Shown: piece after piece, positions 8,765 to 16,914 of the stretch
Layout of the letters: each line of letters begins with the position of its first letter
Numbering within the stretch: position 1 is the stretch's first letter
From: Christensenellales bacterium
GTDB lineage: Bacteria > Bacillota > Clostridia > Christensenellales > UBA1242
Reading direction: 5' to 3'
DNA: 33,750 nt
NCBI GenBank assembly: GCA_051889215.1
Contig: JBJFDC010000042.1
Coordinates: 1 to 33,750 of the forward strand
Translations under genes and position numbers: made by a program
Notes under the pieces: model-generated
What the model was told of the DNA's origin: nothing
Seen by the model: only the letters and a program-made list of their open reading frames with translations
The model's database searches: none

Positions 8765-9487
8765 TTATCCTTTTAAAAATGATTTGGATATTGCAATAAA
8801 TCGATAGAAGTCCTCAAGATAAGCAAAATGTTCGCAATTTTCAAAAACTATGAGGGCACTGTCTTTGATTTTTTTATTGAGTTTTTTTGCCATATACAAA
8901 GGCGTTTCTTTGTCGTTTTTTCCAAAAATTATAAGTGTGGGGGAGGTGATGTCCTTGAGCAAGGGTGAAAGGTCCTCGCCAATTATGTTTACAAAAGTTT
9001 TTTTCATGAGTGCAGATAGTTTTTTGTAGTCCGGCGAAGAAAAGTCTTTTGTTTTGAGCCCAAGTTTTTTTGCGAGTTTATAGCGCTGTATTCTCATAAA
9101 TTTTTTGGGCGAAAAGCGCGGTTTTATTCCCGCACTGTCCACAAGTATAATTTTTTTGACACTTTCATTATAGCGACTTGCAAATTTTATTGCAACTCTT
9201 CCACCAAAGGAATGTGCAATTATATGACAACTTTTTATTTTGAGTTTTTCAAGAAAATGTTGCAAAAGTGCCACATATGAGTCATTGTTCCAAACCTCAT
9301 ATGGCTCTTCACTTTCCCCAAAGGGTGGGAAATCAAAAAGAAGGCATCTGTTGGTGTTCTCAAATTGTTGTGCGACAATTTTGAAACTTTCAATGCTTCC
9401 ACCCCAGCCGTGCAAAAACACAATCCAATCGCCTTCTTTTCCCAAAACCTCATAATTTATGTAGATATCTCTAAATTTTGTTTTCAT
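8765..9487 (-). CDS. Alpha/beta hydrolase
   Basis: FLHGWGG, DFPPFG, AHSFGG nucleophile elbow, plus downstream Asp and His. Confidence 0.92.
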   Translation of the reverse strand: MKTKFRDIYINYEVLGKEGDWIVFLHGWGGSIESFKIVAQQFENTNRCLLFDFPPFGESEEPYEVWNNDSYVALLQHFLEKLKIKSCHIIAHSFGGRVAIKFASRYNESVKKIILVDSAGIKPRFSPKKFMRIQRYKLAKKLGLKTKDFSSPDYKKLSALMKKTFVNIIGEDLSPLLKDITSPTLIIFGKNDKETPLYMAKKLNKKIKDSALIVFENCEHFAYLEDFYRFIAISKSFLKG

Positions 9488-9738
9488 AAAGTTTTATATG
9501 ATGCGTTTTTGTTTTTGTTGTTTGAATTAATATATTTCTCCATATCAAAACCATCATCAATATATATACCGCCGCCCTTTCCTTGTTTGCAAACAATGGG
9601 AACACCAGCAAGGCAAAGCGCGTCAATATAGCGATATATTGTTCTCGGACTAACCTCATATACTTGGGCAATCTCATTCGCCGTGCGCTTGCCTTTTAAC
9701 AACTGAAAAAATACACCAAATATCAAAAATTGTTTCAT
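9484..9738 (-). CDS. Stand-alone winged HTH (YafY/PafC-type N-terminal domain, no WYL domain)
   Basis: TANEIAQVYEVSPRTIYRYIDAL..AGVPI...GKGGG; AAGGAG RBS; ATGA overlap with the hydrolase. Confidence 0.85.
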   Translation of the reverse strand: MKQFLIFGVFFQLLKGKRTANEIAQVYEVSPRTIYRYIDALCLAGVPIVCKQGKGGGIYIDDGFDMEKYINSNNKNKNASYKTL

Positions 9739-9761
9739 GTTTTTCTCCTTTTTATGACTAT

Positions 9762-9800
9762 ATTATAGCACAAAAAACACGATTGTCAAACATATGTTCG
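9762..9800 (-). promoter_or_regulatory. Consensus sigma-A promoter overlapped by a LexA/DinR SOS (Cheo) box
   Basis: Minus strand CGAACATATGTTTG (9787-9800) overlaps TTGACA (9784-9789); 16 bp to TG-extended TATAAT (9762-9767). Confidence 0.75.
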
Positions 9801-9911
9801 AAAAACATAAAAATTTTATTTTGTTTTAAAAAGTTGTGGTTTTGAGCGGTTGCGAATGTTGAGCGGGTGGGGGTGAGTGAGTTTTTTCGTGTTAAACGGT
9901 TTTTAAAAAGA

Positions 9912-11687
9912 TTATTCCACGGTCACACTTTTTGCGAGGTTTCGTGGCTTGTCGGGATTGATTGATTTTGATGTTGACACAAAATAACTTATGAGCCACA
10001 GTGGAATGATTGAAATGATGGGGGCAAGTTCGGTTGAAGTGCGGGGAAGAGATATGACTTTTGAATGAGCGAATTCTTTGTTTAGGGTTGAAAGAGTGAG
10101 AGTTGTTGCTCCTCGAGATAGGGTTTCGTTTGTTGCATTTTCAACTTTTGGAGCAAGTCGAAGTTCGGTGCTGATTGCGATGACATAAACTCCGTTTTCA
10201 ACCAAGGCCAAAGTTCCGTGCTTGAGTTCTCCTGCCGGAAGGGCGGAGCAGTTTATATATGAAATCTCTTTGAGTTTGAGTGCGGCTTCACAAGCTGTGA
10301 TATAGTCGTAGTTTTTTCCGATGAAAAAAACATTTTTGGTGTTTTTTAGTTCTTTCGCCAAAATTTTAAGTTCATCAACAAGAGGAGATGAAATCATGTT
10401 TTTTGTCATTTTTGAAAGTTGCTTGATTTGCTTGATATGTTTTGTTTTGTCGCCTGATGAAGAAAGGAATTTTGCGAGCAAATAAAATGTTGCACATTGA
10501 TTTGTGTATGCTTTGGTTGATGCAACAGCAATTTCAACCCCTGCTTGAATTGGAATGGAAATATTTGCCATGCGACTGATTGTTGAATGGGCGGAGTTAA
10601 CTATGGCGATGGTTTTGGCGTGTTTTTTCTTTGCTTCATGCATTGAAGCGATGGTGTCGGCAGTTTCGCCGCTTTGACTGACAAATATGCAAAGAGTGTT
10701 TTTGTCAATTATTGGCGGATTGTATTTGAATTCGCTCGCGATGTGGGCAGACGCGGGAATGGCGAGTTCTTTTTGCAGATACTTTGCTCCAACAAGTCCC
10801 GAATGATATGCAGTTCCGCAGCCAACAATATATATTTTGTCGAAATCAAAGATTTTGATTTTTTCAATCTTTTCCAGATATTCTTTGCTTTCAAAAGCAT
10901 CGCAAAGTCTTGAAAGAGCACATGGACTTTCATAAATTTCTTCCAACATATGATGAGCAAACGCATTTGACGCAGATGTTTGTTTGCAATCATATGGCAC
11001 TGCTTTTTTGAGCACACGTTTTCCCTTGAAATCAAAGAAATCAAATTTGTTTTCTTTTACGATGCAATATTCGTTCTCTTCAAATATATAGTATTCTTTG
11101 GCATATTCAAATGCAATCGGGTCGCTTGCGGCATAAATTTTGTCGCAGCAACTTGCAATATAGAGCGGGCTGCGCTTTTTAACCAAAATCAAAGTGTCGG
11201 GGCATCTTTTGTTTATGACAGCAAAAGAAAATGACCCAACAAGTTTTGATACAACTGCTTGAATTTGAAGGTTTGTGGGAAGTGACGAATATTTTTCAAA
11301 GAGTGCAGCAATCACTTCTGTGTCTGTTTGTGAATAAAAAGAATAACCCTCACTCAAAAGTTCTTGTTTGAGTTCGGTGAAATTTTCAATAATGCCGTTG
11401 TGAACGACAGCCCATTCTCCATTTTGACTCAAATGTGGGTGGGCATTTATTTCTGTTGGTTTTCCATGAGTTGCCCAACGAGTGTGTCCAATTCCGATTT
11501 GAGAATTTGTGTATTTCAATTTGTTTTTTAAATTTTCCACTTTTCCTTCAGTCTTTATAACCGAAAAATCATTATCACATATTGTTGCGATGCCAGCAGA
11601 ATCATATCCGCGATATTCCAGTTTCTTTAGCATGTCAAACAATGTGTTTTCAGCATTTTCGCCAATGTAGGCAACAATTCCACACAT
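9912..11687 (-). CDS. glmS: Glutamine--fructose-6-phosphate aminotransferase
   Basis: MCGIV, LEYRGYDSAG, GHTRWATHG, SQSGETADT and PRNLAKSVTVE motifs. Confidence 0.98.
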   Translation of the reverse strand: MCGIVAYIGENAENTLFDMLKKLEYRGYDSAGIATICDNDFSVIKTEGKVENLKNKLKYTNSQIGIGHTRWATHGKPTEINAHPHLSQNGEWAVVHNGIIENFTELKQELLSEGYSFYSQTDTEVIAALFEKYSSLPTNLQIQAVVSKLVGSFSFAVINKRCPDTLILVKKRSPLYIASCCDKIYAASDPIAFEYAKEYYIFEENEYCIVKENKFDFFDFKGKRVLKKAVPYDCKQTSASNAFAHHMLEEIYESPCALSRLCDAFESKEYLEKIEKIKIFDFDKIYIVGCGTAYHSGLVGAKYLQKELAIPASAHIASEFKYNPPIIDKNTLCIFVSQSGETADTIASMHEAKKKHAKTIAIVNSAHSTISRMANISIPIQAGVEIAVASTKAYTNQCATFYLLAKFLSSSGDKTKHIKQIKQLSKMTKNMISSPLVDELKILAKELKNTKNVFFIGKNYDYITACEAALKLKEISYINCSALPAGELKHGTLALVENGVYVIAISTELRLAPKVENATNETLSRGATTLTLSTLNKEFAHSKVISLPRTSTELAPIISIIPLWLISYFVSTSKSINPDKPRNLAKSVTVE

Positions 11688-11822
11688 AAATATCTCCCGT
11701 ATATTGCAATTTATGCAAAAAGGAAAAAGTGTGTGAAACCATGCGACTTTCTCGCATTGCGAGAAAATTTATTTTGATGCAATCAAATTTATTCCTCGAA
11801 GCATTTATTGTTTGGTGGCAAT

Positions 11823-11846
11823 AAAAAAGGTGGCACCATTGCCACC
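11823..11846 (-). terminator. Intrinsic terminator upstream of glmS
   Basis: GGTGGCA/TGCCACC stem with T6 on the minus strand. Confidence 0.7.
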
Positions 11847-11855
11847 AAAAGGAGA

Positions 11856-12446
11856 TTAATACGCTTTTTTGCGCACGCTGATTTCAGAGTTGAGAAGTCG
11901 AAGTAGTCTCTTTCTTTCGAGTCGTTTTGCAGAATGTTCAATCGTGAGTTGTTGCACGCCTTCCCACAAGAAGACCCATGAAACAACTTCGCAAACGCAT
12001 TGAATGATGAGGTGAAGGTTAAATATACACGACACTGCATATATTGCCAAAAGACCAATTCCAATAAAGAGAAATATCAATGACTTCATGAGGTTTCTTT
12101 TGAGCCACCAGTCACAAGTTGCAATCTTGTCGGCATAGTTAAGCCGGAAAGTTCTTTTGATTTTTGAAAAGTTTTTTCTGTCGTCTTCATTGACATATAT
12201 GTTGACTTTTAGTTTTTTGTTGAGCGGAATGTTGTTTTCGCTTTCCATAATAAAATCGTTAAGTGCCGGATTCATAACCTCGTCACCACGGACACAATAT
12301 GGAGAAAAAAATTCGTCAGCACTGTTCACTTCAACCTCAATAATGGCTTTTCCGTCAGTGCTCAAATCAACTGTCTTTGCATATTCGATTTCTTCTTCAA
12401 TAATGTCGTCCATTTTGTCTTCAAAACTTACTTTTTGTTTTTTCAT
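11856..12446 (-). CDS. Hypothetical membrane protein (two C-terminal TM helices)
   Basis: Acidic soluble N-terminus then two hydrophobic segments; promoter TTGACA(12487-92)-18-TATACT(12463-68). Start could be 12446 or 12458. Confidence 0.8.
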   Translation of the reverse strand: MKKQKVSFEDKMDDIIEEEIEYAKTVDLSTDGKAIIEVEVNSADEFFSPYCVRGDEVMNPALNDFIMESENNIPLNKKLKVNIYVNEDDRKNFSKIKRTFRLNYADKIATCDWWLKRNLMKSLIFLFIGIGLLAIYAVSCIFNLHLIIQCVCEVVSWVFLWEGVQQLTIEHSAKRLERKRLLRLLNSEISVRKKAY

Positions 12447-12560
12447 AACCACTTCCATGATTAGTATAAATAAAAAATAATTATTTTGTCAAATAAAAAA
12501 ATTAAAAAAATACATTGTATTTTTTTAAAAAACACAAATTTAATTAAATAATTATTTTTG

Positions 12561-12600
12561 TGAATTAATTTTAATTAATTTTAATTATTTTTAATTAATT
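12561..12600. repeat. Four tandem 10-bp TTAATTAATT-like units in an extremely AT-rich spacer
   Basis: tgaattaatt ttaattaatt ttaattattt ttaattaatt. Confidence 0.7.
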
Positions 12601-12644
12601 TTTTCAAGCATTATAAAAAAAGTGAGAATCTGCCCACTCTTTTT

Positions 12645-12977
12645 TTAATTTGATTCCTTTTTTGTTTCTTCTTTGGCTGGTTTTTGAGTGTGTTCTTGCT
12701 CTGCGTCTTTTTTTTGTCGCAGTTGCTTTATTATTTGGTTTGTTCCAGTCGCACTCAGTCCGCTCGCGCCGCCGATTAGAATTGCCGAAAGGATATTGTT
12801 TGCAGGAATGACTGCTGGGCACAAATAGAACGCCATAATTCCAAGACCAATTCCCAAGACGCAAGAAATTGCGGGAAACAATTTTGAAACAACTTCATTT
12901 TTTGTGCACAACTTGATGACTTCAATAACCATGTAAACAATCAACACAATACTTGGTATGCTAACGAATTCTTCCAT
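12645..12977 (-). CDS. Phage-holin-family small membrane protein (orphan)
   Basis: GGGAGG RBS before MEEFVSIP; three TM segments; GLSATGTNQIIKQL motif; charged C-terminal tail. Confidence 0.72.
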   Translation of the reverse strand: MEEFVSIPSIVLIVYMVIEVIKLCTKNEVVSKLFPAISCVLGIGLGIMAFYLCPAVIPANNILSAILIGGASGLSATGTNQIIKQLRQKKDAEQEHTQKPAKEETKKESN

Positions 12978-13077
12978 ATTTTTCCTCCCAAAAACATTAT
13001 GTCGCTCGGGTGTATTATATTCAACAATGCGTGCCAATTTTCTTGCCAAAGAAAATTTTTTTGATTAAAATCAAAAT

Positions 13078-13455
13078 ATGGAGAATTGTGAGGCAGAGTT
13101 TTTGTATGAGGAGAAGAAATCAAAATTTTTTTCGTTTTTCTTTTCCATTTCGGACCCAAATCAAATTGAAAAAATCATATTGGACATGAAGGCAAAACAC
13201 AAAAAAGCAACTCATATATGCCATGCGGTGATATATGAAGGTGAGACATATGTGTGCAAATGCTCTGATGATGGCGAACCATCGGGAACTGCTGGTCGTC
13301 CAATCCTAAACGTTTTGGAAAAACAAAACAAAAAGAATTGCATGGTTGTGGTTGTGAGATATTTCGGTGGCATAAAACTTGGCGCTGGTGGACTTGTTCG
13401 TGCCTACACCAAGGCGGCGGCGGGAGTTCTTGCGGAGGTGAAAGGTGCAAATTGA
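13078..13455 (+). CDS. yigZ: YigZ/IMPACT family protein (N-terminal domain only)
   Basis: EKKSKF, ATHxCxA, SDDGEPSGTAGRP and RYFGGIKLGAGGLVRAY motifs. Confidence 0.93.
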   Translation: MENCEAEFLYEEKKSKFFSFFFSISDPNQIEKIILDMKAKHKKATHICHAVIYEGETYVCKCSDDGEPSGTAGRPILNVLEKQNKKNCMVVVVRYFGGIKLGAGGLVRAYTKAAAGVLAEVKGAN

Positions 13456-14062
13456 TGAAATAAAACCGATTGGAAAAAAACAAGAGAGATTTTATGTTTT
13501 GCTGTCAAACGGCGAAAAAGTTGTTTTGCACGGACTCACATTGCTCAAAACAAAACTAAAAGTCGGAGATGAAATCGACAAAGAAACGCTCGAAGAATAT
13601 CAATTTGAATATGAAAAACTAACCGCTTTCGACAAGGCAATAAACTTGTTGGGCAGAGGCATGAAAACAAAAAAACAACTCATGACCTATCTCAAAGACA
13701 AGGGTTATATGCCAAAAGTTTGTGACTATGTTTTGGAGAAATTGGGTGAATACAAATATGTTGATGACCTTCAATTTGCCAAGTGCTACACAAAAATGTC
13801 ATCAAAAAGCAAAGGCAAACGGGCAATCGCATTTGAAATGAAGCAAAAGGGCGTATCAGACCAAATCATTGAGGAGTGCCTATGTGACCTTGATGACCAA
13901 AAAGAAGTTGCGTTGTCACTTGCTCAAAAATATCTCAAGAACAAGCCACTTGACCAAAAGACAAAAGAAAAACTATATCGTCATCTTTTGAGCAAAGGAT
14001 TTTCGCACGAAGAATGTTTTTATGCAATGAACAAATGTTTTTGCGACAATAATCAAGATTAA
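13445..14062 (+). CDS. recX: Regulatory protein RecX
   Basis: YVDDLQFA, KGKRAIAFEMKQKGV and KLYRHLLSKGF helical repeats. Confidence 0.9.
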   Translation: MQIDEIKPIGKKQERFYVLLSNGEKVVLHGLTLLKTKLKVGDEIDKETLEEYQFEYEKLTAFDKAINLLGRGMKTKKQLMTYLKDKGYMPKVCDYVLEKLGEYKYVDDLQFAKCYTKMSSKSKGKRAIAFEMKQKGVSDQIIEECLCDLDDQKEVALSLAQKYLKNKPLDQKTKEKLYRHLLSKGFSHEECFYAMNKCFCDNNQD

Positions 14063-14143
14063 TTCAAGAGATTGCAATGGAAAACCACATTATGTTTGAC
14101 ATAGTCAGTTATTTATGATAAATTTGCCAAACAGGAGATTATT

Positions 14144-15628
14144 ATGGACTTTGAACAACTAAACCAAAAATTACAAAAACTTTCAAACGAGGTTGACATC
14201 AGAAAAGCGAAGATTGATTTTTTGAAGGAAAATGGAATCAATCCATATCGTGATGATTTTCGACGAACACACACAATAAAAGAAGCACTAACTCTTGACG
14301 AAGGCGCAAAAGTCAAAATTTGCGGACGTGTTATATTCCGTCGCATCATGGGAAAATTTGGATTTGCAAAAATTCAAGATATTGACGGCATGATTCAAGT
14401 TAGTGTTGGCAGAAATGAACTCGATGAACAGAGTTATGATTTCTATAAAAAACTCATTGATGTTGGAGATATAATCGGAGTTGAAGGCGAACTCTATCGA
14501 ACTCAAACTGGCGAACTTACAGTTCGAGCAAGCAAGGTTGAATTGCTTTCAAAAGCAATGCGTCCACTTCCTGAAAAATTTCATGGACTAACTGATGTCG
14601 AAGCAAAATATCGTCAACGCTATCTTGACATCATCATGAACGAAAAGAGCAGAGAAGTGTTCAAAGCACGCAGCAAAGTTGAATCGCTCATCAGACGCTA
14701 TCTTGAAGATAATGGATTCACAGAAATTGAAACACCAGTTCTTCAAAAAAATGTTTCTGGGGCGGCAGCAAAACCATTTTTCACAAAACACAACGCGCTA
14801 GACCTTGAATGCAATCTTCGCATTGCAAAAGAGACATGGCTCAAAATGGCAATGGTTGCGGGTTTTGACCGCGTGTTTGAACTCGGAAAAGATTTCAGAA
14901 ATGAGGGTATGGATCCAACCCATCTTCAAGAATTTACACAAGTTGAATGGTATGCTTCATTTTGGAGATTTGAAGACAACATAAAATTCTTCCAAGAACT
15001 CGTCAAAAAACTCCTCATGGAGTGCATTGGAACGCTGCAAGTTAGCTATCAAGGCAATGTAATCAATTTTGACGGAGAGTGGGAGCGAATTGACTATGTT
15101 GCTCGCCTTCGTGAAATTTTGGGCTTTGATTTTATGCAAGAAACAGACCTCGATGAGTTCAAGAAAAAAGTTGTTGCAACAAAACTCTTTACATCCCACG
15201 ACCTTGAAGAATGCAAATCAATCCGAACACTCATTGACTATATCTATAAGCGCACAATAAGAGAAAAAATCACTGGTCCAGTCATTTTGTATAACTATCC
15301 AGCAGTGCTCAAAACTTTGGCAAGACATTCTGACAAAGATTACAACATCGCCGAGGCCTTCCAAGTTGTTGTTTGTGGCGCAGAAATTTGCAACGCATTC
15401 TCCGAACTTGTTGACCCAGAAATTCAAAGGACAGTGCTTGAAGCGCAACAAATTGAAAAAAATCAGGGCGATGACGAAACGATGGACGTCGATGAAGATT
15501 TCTTGCTTGCAATGGAGCACGGAATGCCACCAATGTCTGGACTCGGATTTGGAATTGACAGATTTGTTATGCTCATGTTTGACCTTCCAAATATCCGTGA
15601 TGGTGTTTTGTTCCCAATCATGAAATAA
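14144..15628 (+). CDS. lysS: Lysine--tRNA ligase (class II)
   Basis: RIMGK, LPEKFHGL, YRQRYLD, FRNEG and GMPPMSGLGFGIDR motifs; TTGACA-17-TAAATT promoter upstream. Confidence 0.97.
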   Translation: MDFEQLNQKLQKLSNEVDIRKAKIDFLKENGINPYRDDFRRTHTIKEALTLDEGAKVKICGRVIFRRIMGKFGFAKIQDIDGMIQVSVGRNELDEQSYDFYKKLIDVGDIIGVEGELYRTQTGELTVRASKVELLSKAMRPLPEKFHGLTDVEAKYRQRYLDIIMNEKSREVFKARSKVESLIRRYLEDNGFTEIETPVLQKNVSGAAAKPFFTKHNALDLECNLRIAKETWLKMAMVAGFDRVFELGKDFRNEGMDPTHLQEFTQVEWYASFWRFEDNIKFFQELVKKLLMECIGTLQVSYQGNVINFDGEWERIDYVARLREILGFDFMQETDLDEFKKKVVATKLFTSHDLEECKSIRTLIDYIYKRTIREKITGPVILYNYPAVLKTLARHSDKDYNIAEAFQVVVCGAEICNAFSELVDPEIQRTVLEAQQIEKNQGDDETMDVDEDFLLAMEHGMPPMSGLGFGIDRFVMLMFDLPNIRDGVLFPIMK

Positions 15629-15728
15629 ATTTCAAAATGCCATCTAATTAATTTGTCCAAAAAGGTGCGACACCCAAGAACAATGTATAACTATGCTGGT
15701 TTTGCAAAAACTACACTGGGAGGTAAGT

Positions 15729-15950
15729 ATGTTTATTGCAAATATCATTGCGTATATCCTTGTGCTTCTTGGGGCTGTCAACTGGGGTCTTGTCGGAATT
15801 TTTGACTGGAACTTGGTTGGAGCAATCTTTGGGGGATATCGAGCAGTTGGGTCAATCATTGTCTATTGCATAATCTTGGGAGCAGCACTTTGGCTCATCA
15901 TTTCGCCTTTGCTCACAATGGGAAGACTCACTTTCACAAGAGAAAGATAA
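15729..15950 (+). CDS. DUF378 (YuzA-like) small membrane protein
   Basis: LLGAVNWGLVGIFDWNLV motif; GGGAGG RBS before the ATG at 15729. Confidence 0.85.
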   Translation: MFIANIIAYILVLLGAVNWGLVGIFDWNLVGAIFGGYRAVGSIIVYCIILGAALWLIISPLLTMGRLTFTRER

Positions 15951-15954
15951 GCAC

Positions 15955-15984
15955 AAAAAAACACGAGTTCACTCGTGTTTTTTT
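15955..15984. terminator. Bidirectional terminator
   Basis: A-tract-ACACGAGT-tc-ACTCGTGT-T-tract. Confidence 0.85.
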
Positions 15985-16132
15985 ATATCACTGCAACAAT
16001 TTGTGTCGTCGTGGAATTGTCTTGATTTTGTTTTGCTTTCTCTTTTTGGCGAGCAATCAAATAATATGAGCAAAGCACCAAAACAACAACACACAAAATT
16101 GCAATCCATATTTTCTTTTTCTTGTTTTTCAT
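15983..16132 (-). CDS. 49-aa signal-peptide/single-TM microprotein (below the ORF-track cutoff)
   Basis: MKNKKKKIWIAILCVVVLVLCSYYLIARQKEKAKQNQDNSTTTQIVAVI; GAGGTG RBS at 16138-43; own promoter and terminator. Confidence 0.8.
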   Translation of the reverse strand: MKNKKKKIWIAILCVVVLVLCSYYLIARQKEKAKQNQDNSTTTQIVAVI

Positions 16133-16153
16133 ATTAGCACCTCAATTCGCTAT

Positions 16154-16182
16154 ATTATAGCACGCATATAATGCGTTTTCAA
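16154..16182 (-). promoter_or_regulatory. sigma-A promoter with a palindrome in the spacer
   Basis: TTGAAA-17-TG.TATAAT; ACGCAT-N3-ATGCGT at 16162-16176. Confidence 0.72.
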
Positions 16183-16248
16183 TACCCAGTTTTGTGTTTT
16201 TGTCGCTTTTCTTTGCAAAAATTAAACATTATATGCTAAAATGAATAT

Positions 16249-16584
16249 ATGATTGGAATTGATATTGTTGAAACAAATAGATTTGAAAAAGCAAACCCAA
16301 AGATGTTTAATAAGGTTGAAATCGACTATGCTTTCAAGCACTCTGACCCACACGTGCATTTGGCGGGATTTTGGGCGGCAAAAGAAGCATTTTTCAAGGC
16401 GATTGGCACTGGAATAACATCACTTTCGCTTGACAATATATATGTTTTGCATGACGAGAAGCAAAGACCTTTTCTTTGTGTTGATGAAAAAATCAAACGC
16501 AAGTTGAATATTGTGGACAAGACCATTGAAATTTCAATTTCACACACAAAACAAAATGCTGTTGCCATTTGCATAATAAAATGA
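16249..16584 (+). CDS. acpS: Holo-ACP synthase
   Basis: IGIDIVE, LAGFWAAKEAFFKA and ISISHT motifs. Confidence 0.93.
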   Translation: MIGIDIVETNRFEKANPKMFNKVEIDYAFKHSDPHVHLAGFWAAKEAFFKAIGTGITSLSLDNIYVLHDEKQRPFLCVDEKIKRKLNIVDKTIEISISHTKQNAVAICIIK

Positions 16585-16603
16585 TTTTTAGACAAATTAA
16601 ATT

Positions 16604-16627
16604 AAGGACTGAAAAAGTCCTTTTTTT
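16604..16627 (+). terminator. Terminator after acpS
   Basis: AAGGACT/AGTCCTT stem with T-tract. Confidence 0.75.
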
Positions 16628-16659
16628 GTTTAAAAAATTTTTATTGGGAGATATTTCTT

Positions 16660-16914
16660 ATGAAAAAATTCAATAAATACAAAAAAGAACTCAACGATGA
16701 AAAAGACCGCATTGTCGCCTTGTATGGCGTTGATATAACACAAAGTTTATATCACGAATACTTGGGTGACAATCATAGTATGAATATGAGGGGAGATGTC
16801 TCAAATTTCTTTGAAGATGAGAAAAGTCGCGAACTTGAAAAAAATCTTTCAAATGAGAACTTTGACGACCTAAAAACTCTGGAAAACTACGAAAAGGATA
16901 TTTCTGGTGAATAA
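16660..16914 (+). CDS. Probable antitoxin of the downstream MazF (atypical)
   Basis: GGGAG RBS; acidic C-terminus; overlaps the mazF start in the ndoAI position. Confidence 0.6.
   Translation: MKKFNKYKKELNDEKDRIVALYGVDITQSLYHEYLGDNHSMNMRGDVSNFFEDEKSRELEKNLSNENFDDLKTLENYEKDISGE

Noticed and set aside
9830-9905. G-rich patch with two TTGAGCGG copies downstream of glmS
   Set aside because: Too short, with no stable hairpin or four G-runs; no function can be supported.
12645-12977. Prophage remnant
   Set aside because: No other phage genes or att sites nearby.
13078-13455. YigZ lacking its C-terminal domain as a pseudogene
   Set aside because: The catalytic domain is intact, it is coupled to recX, and short YigZ forms are common.
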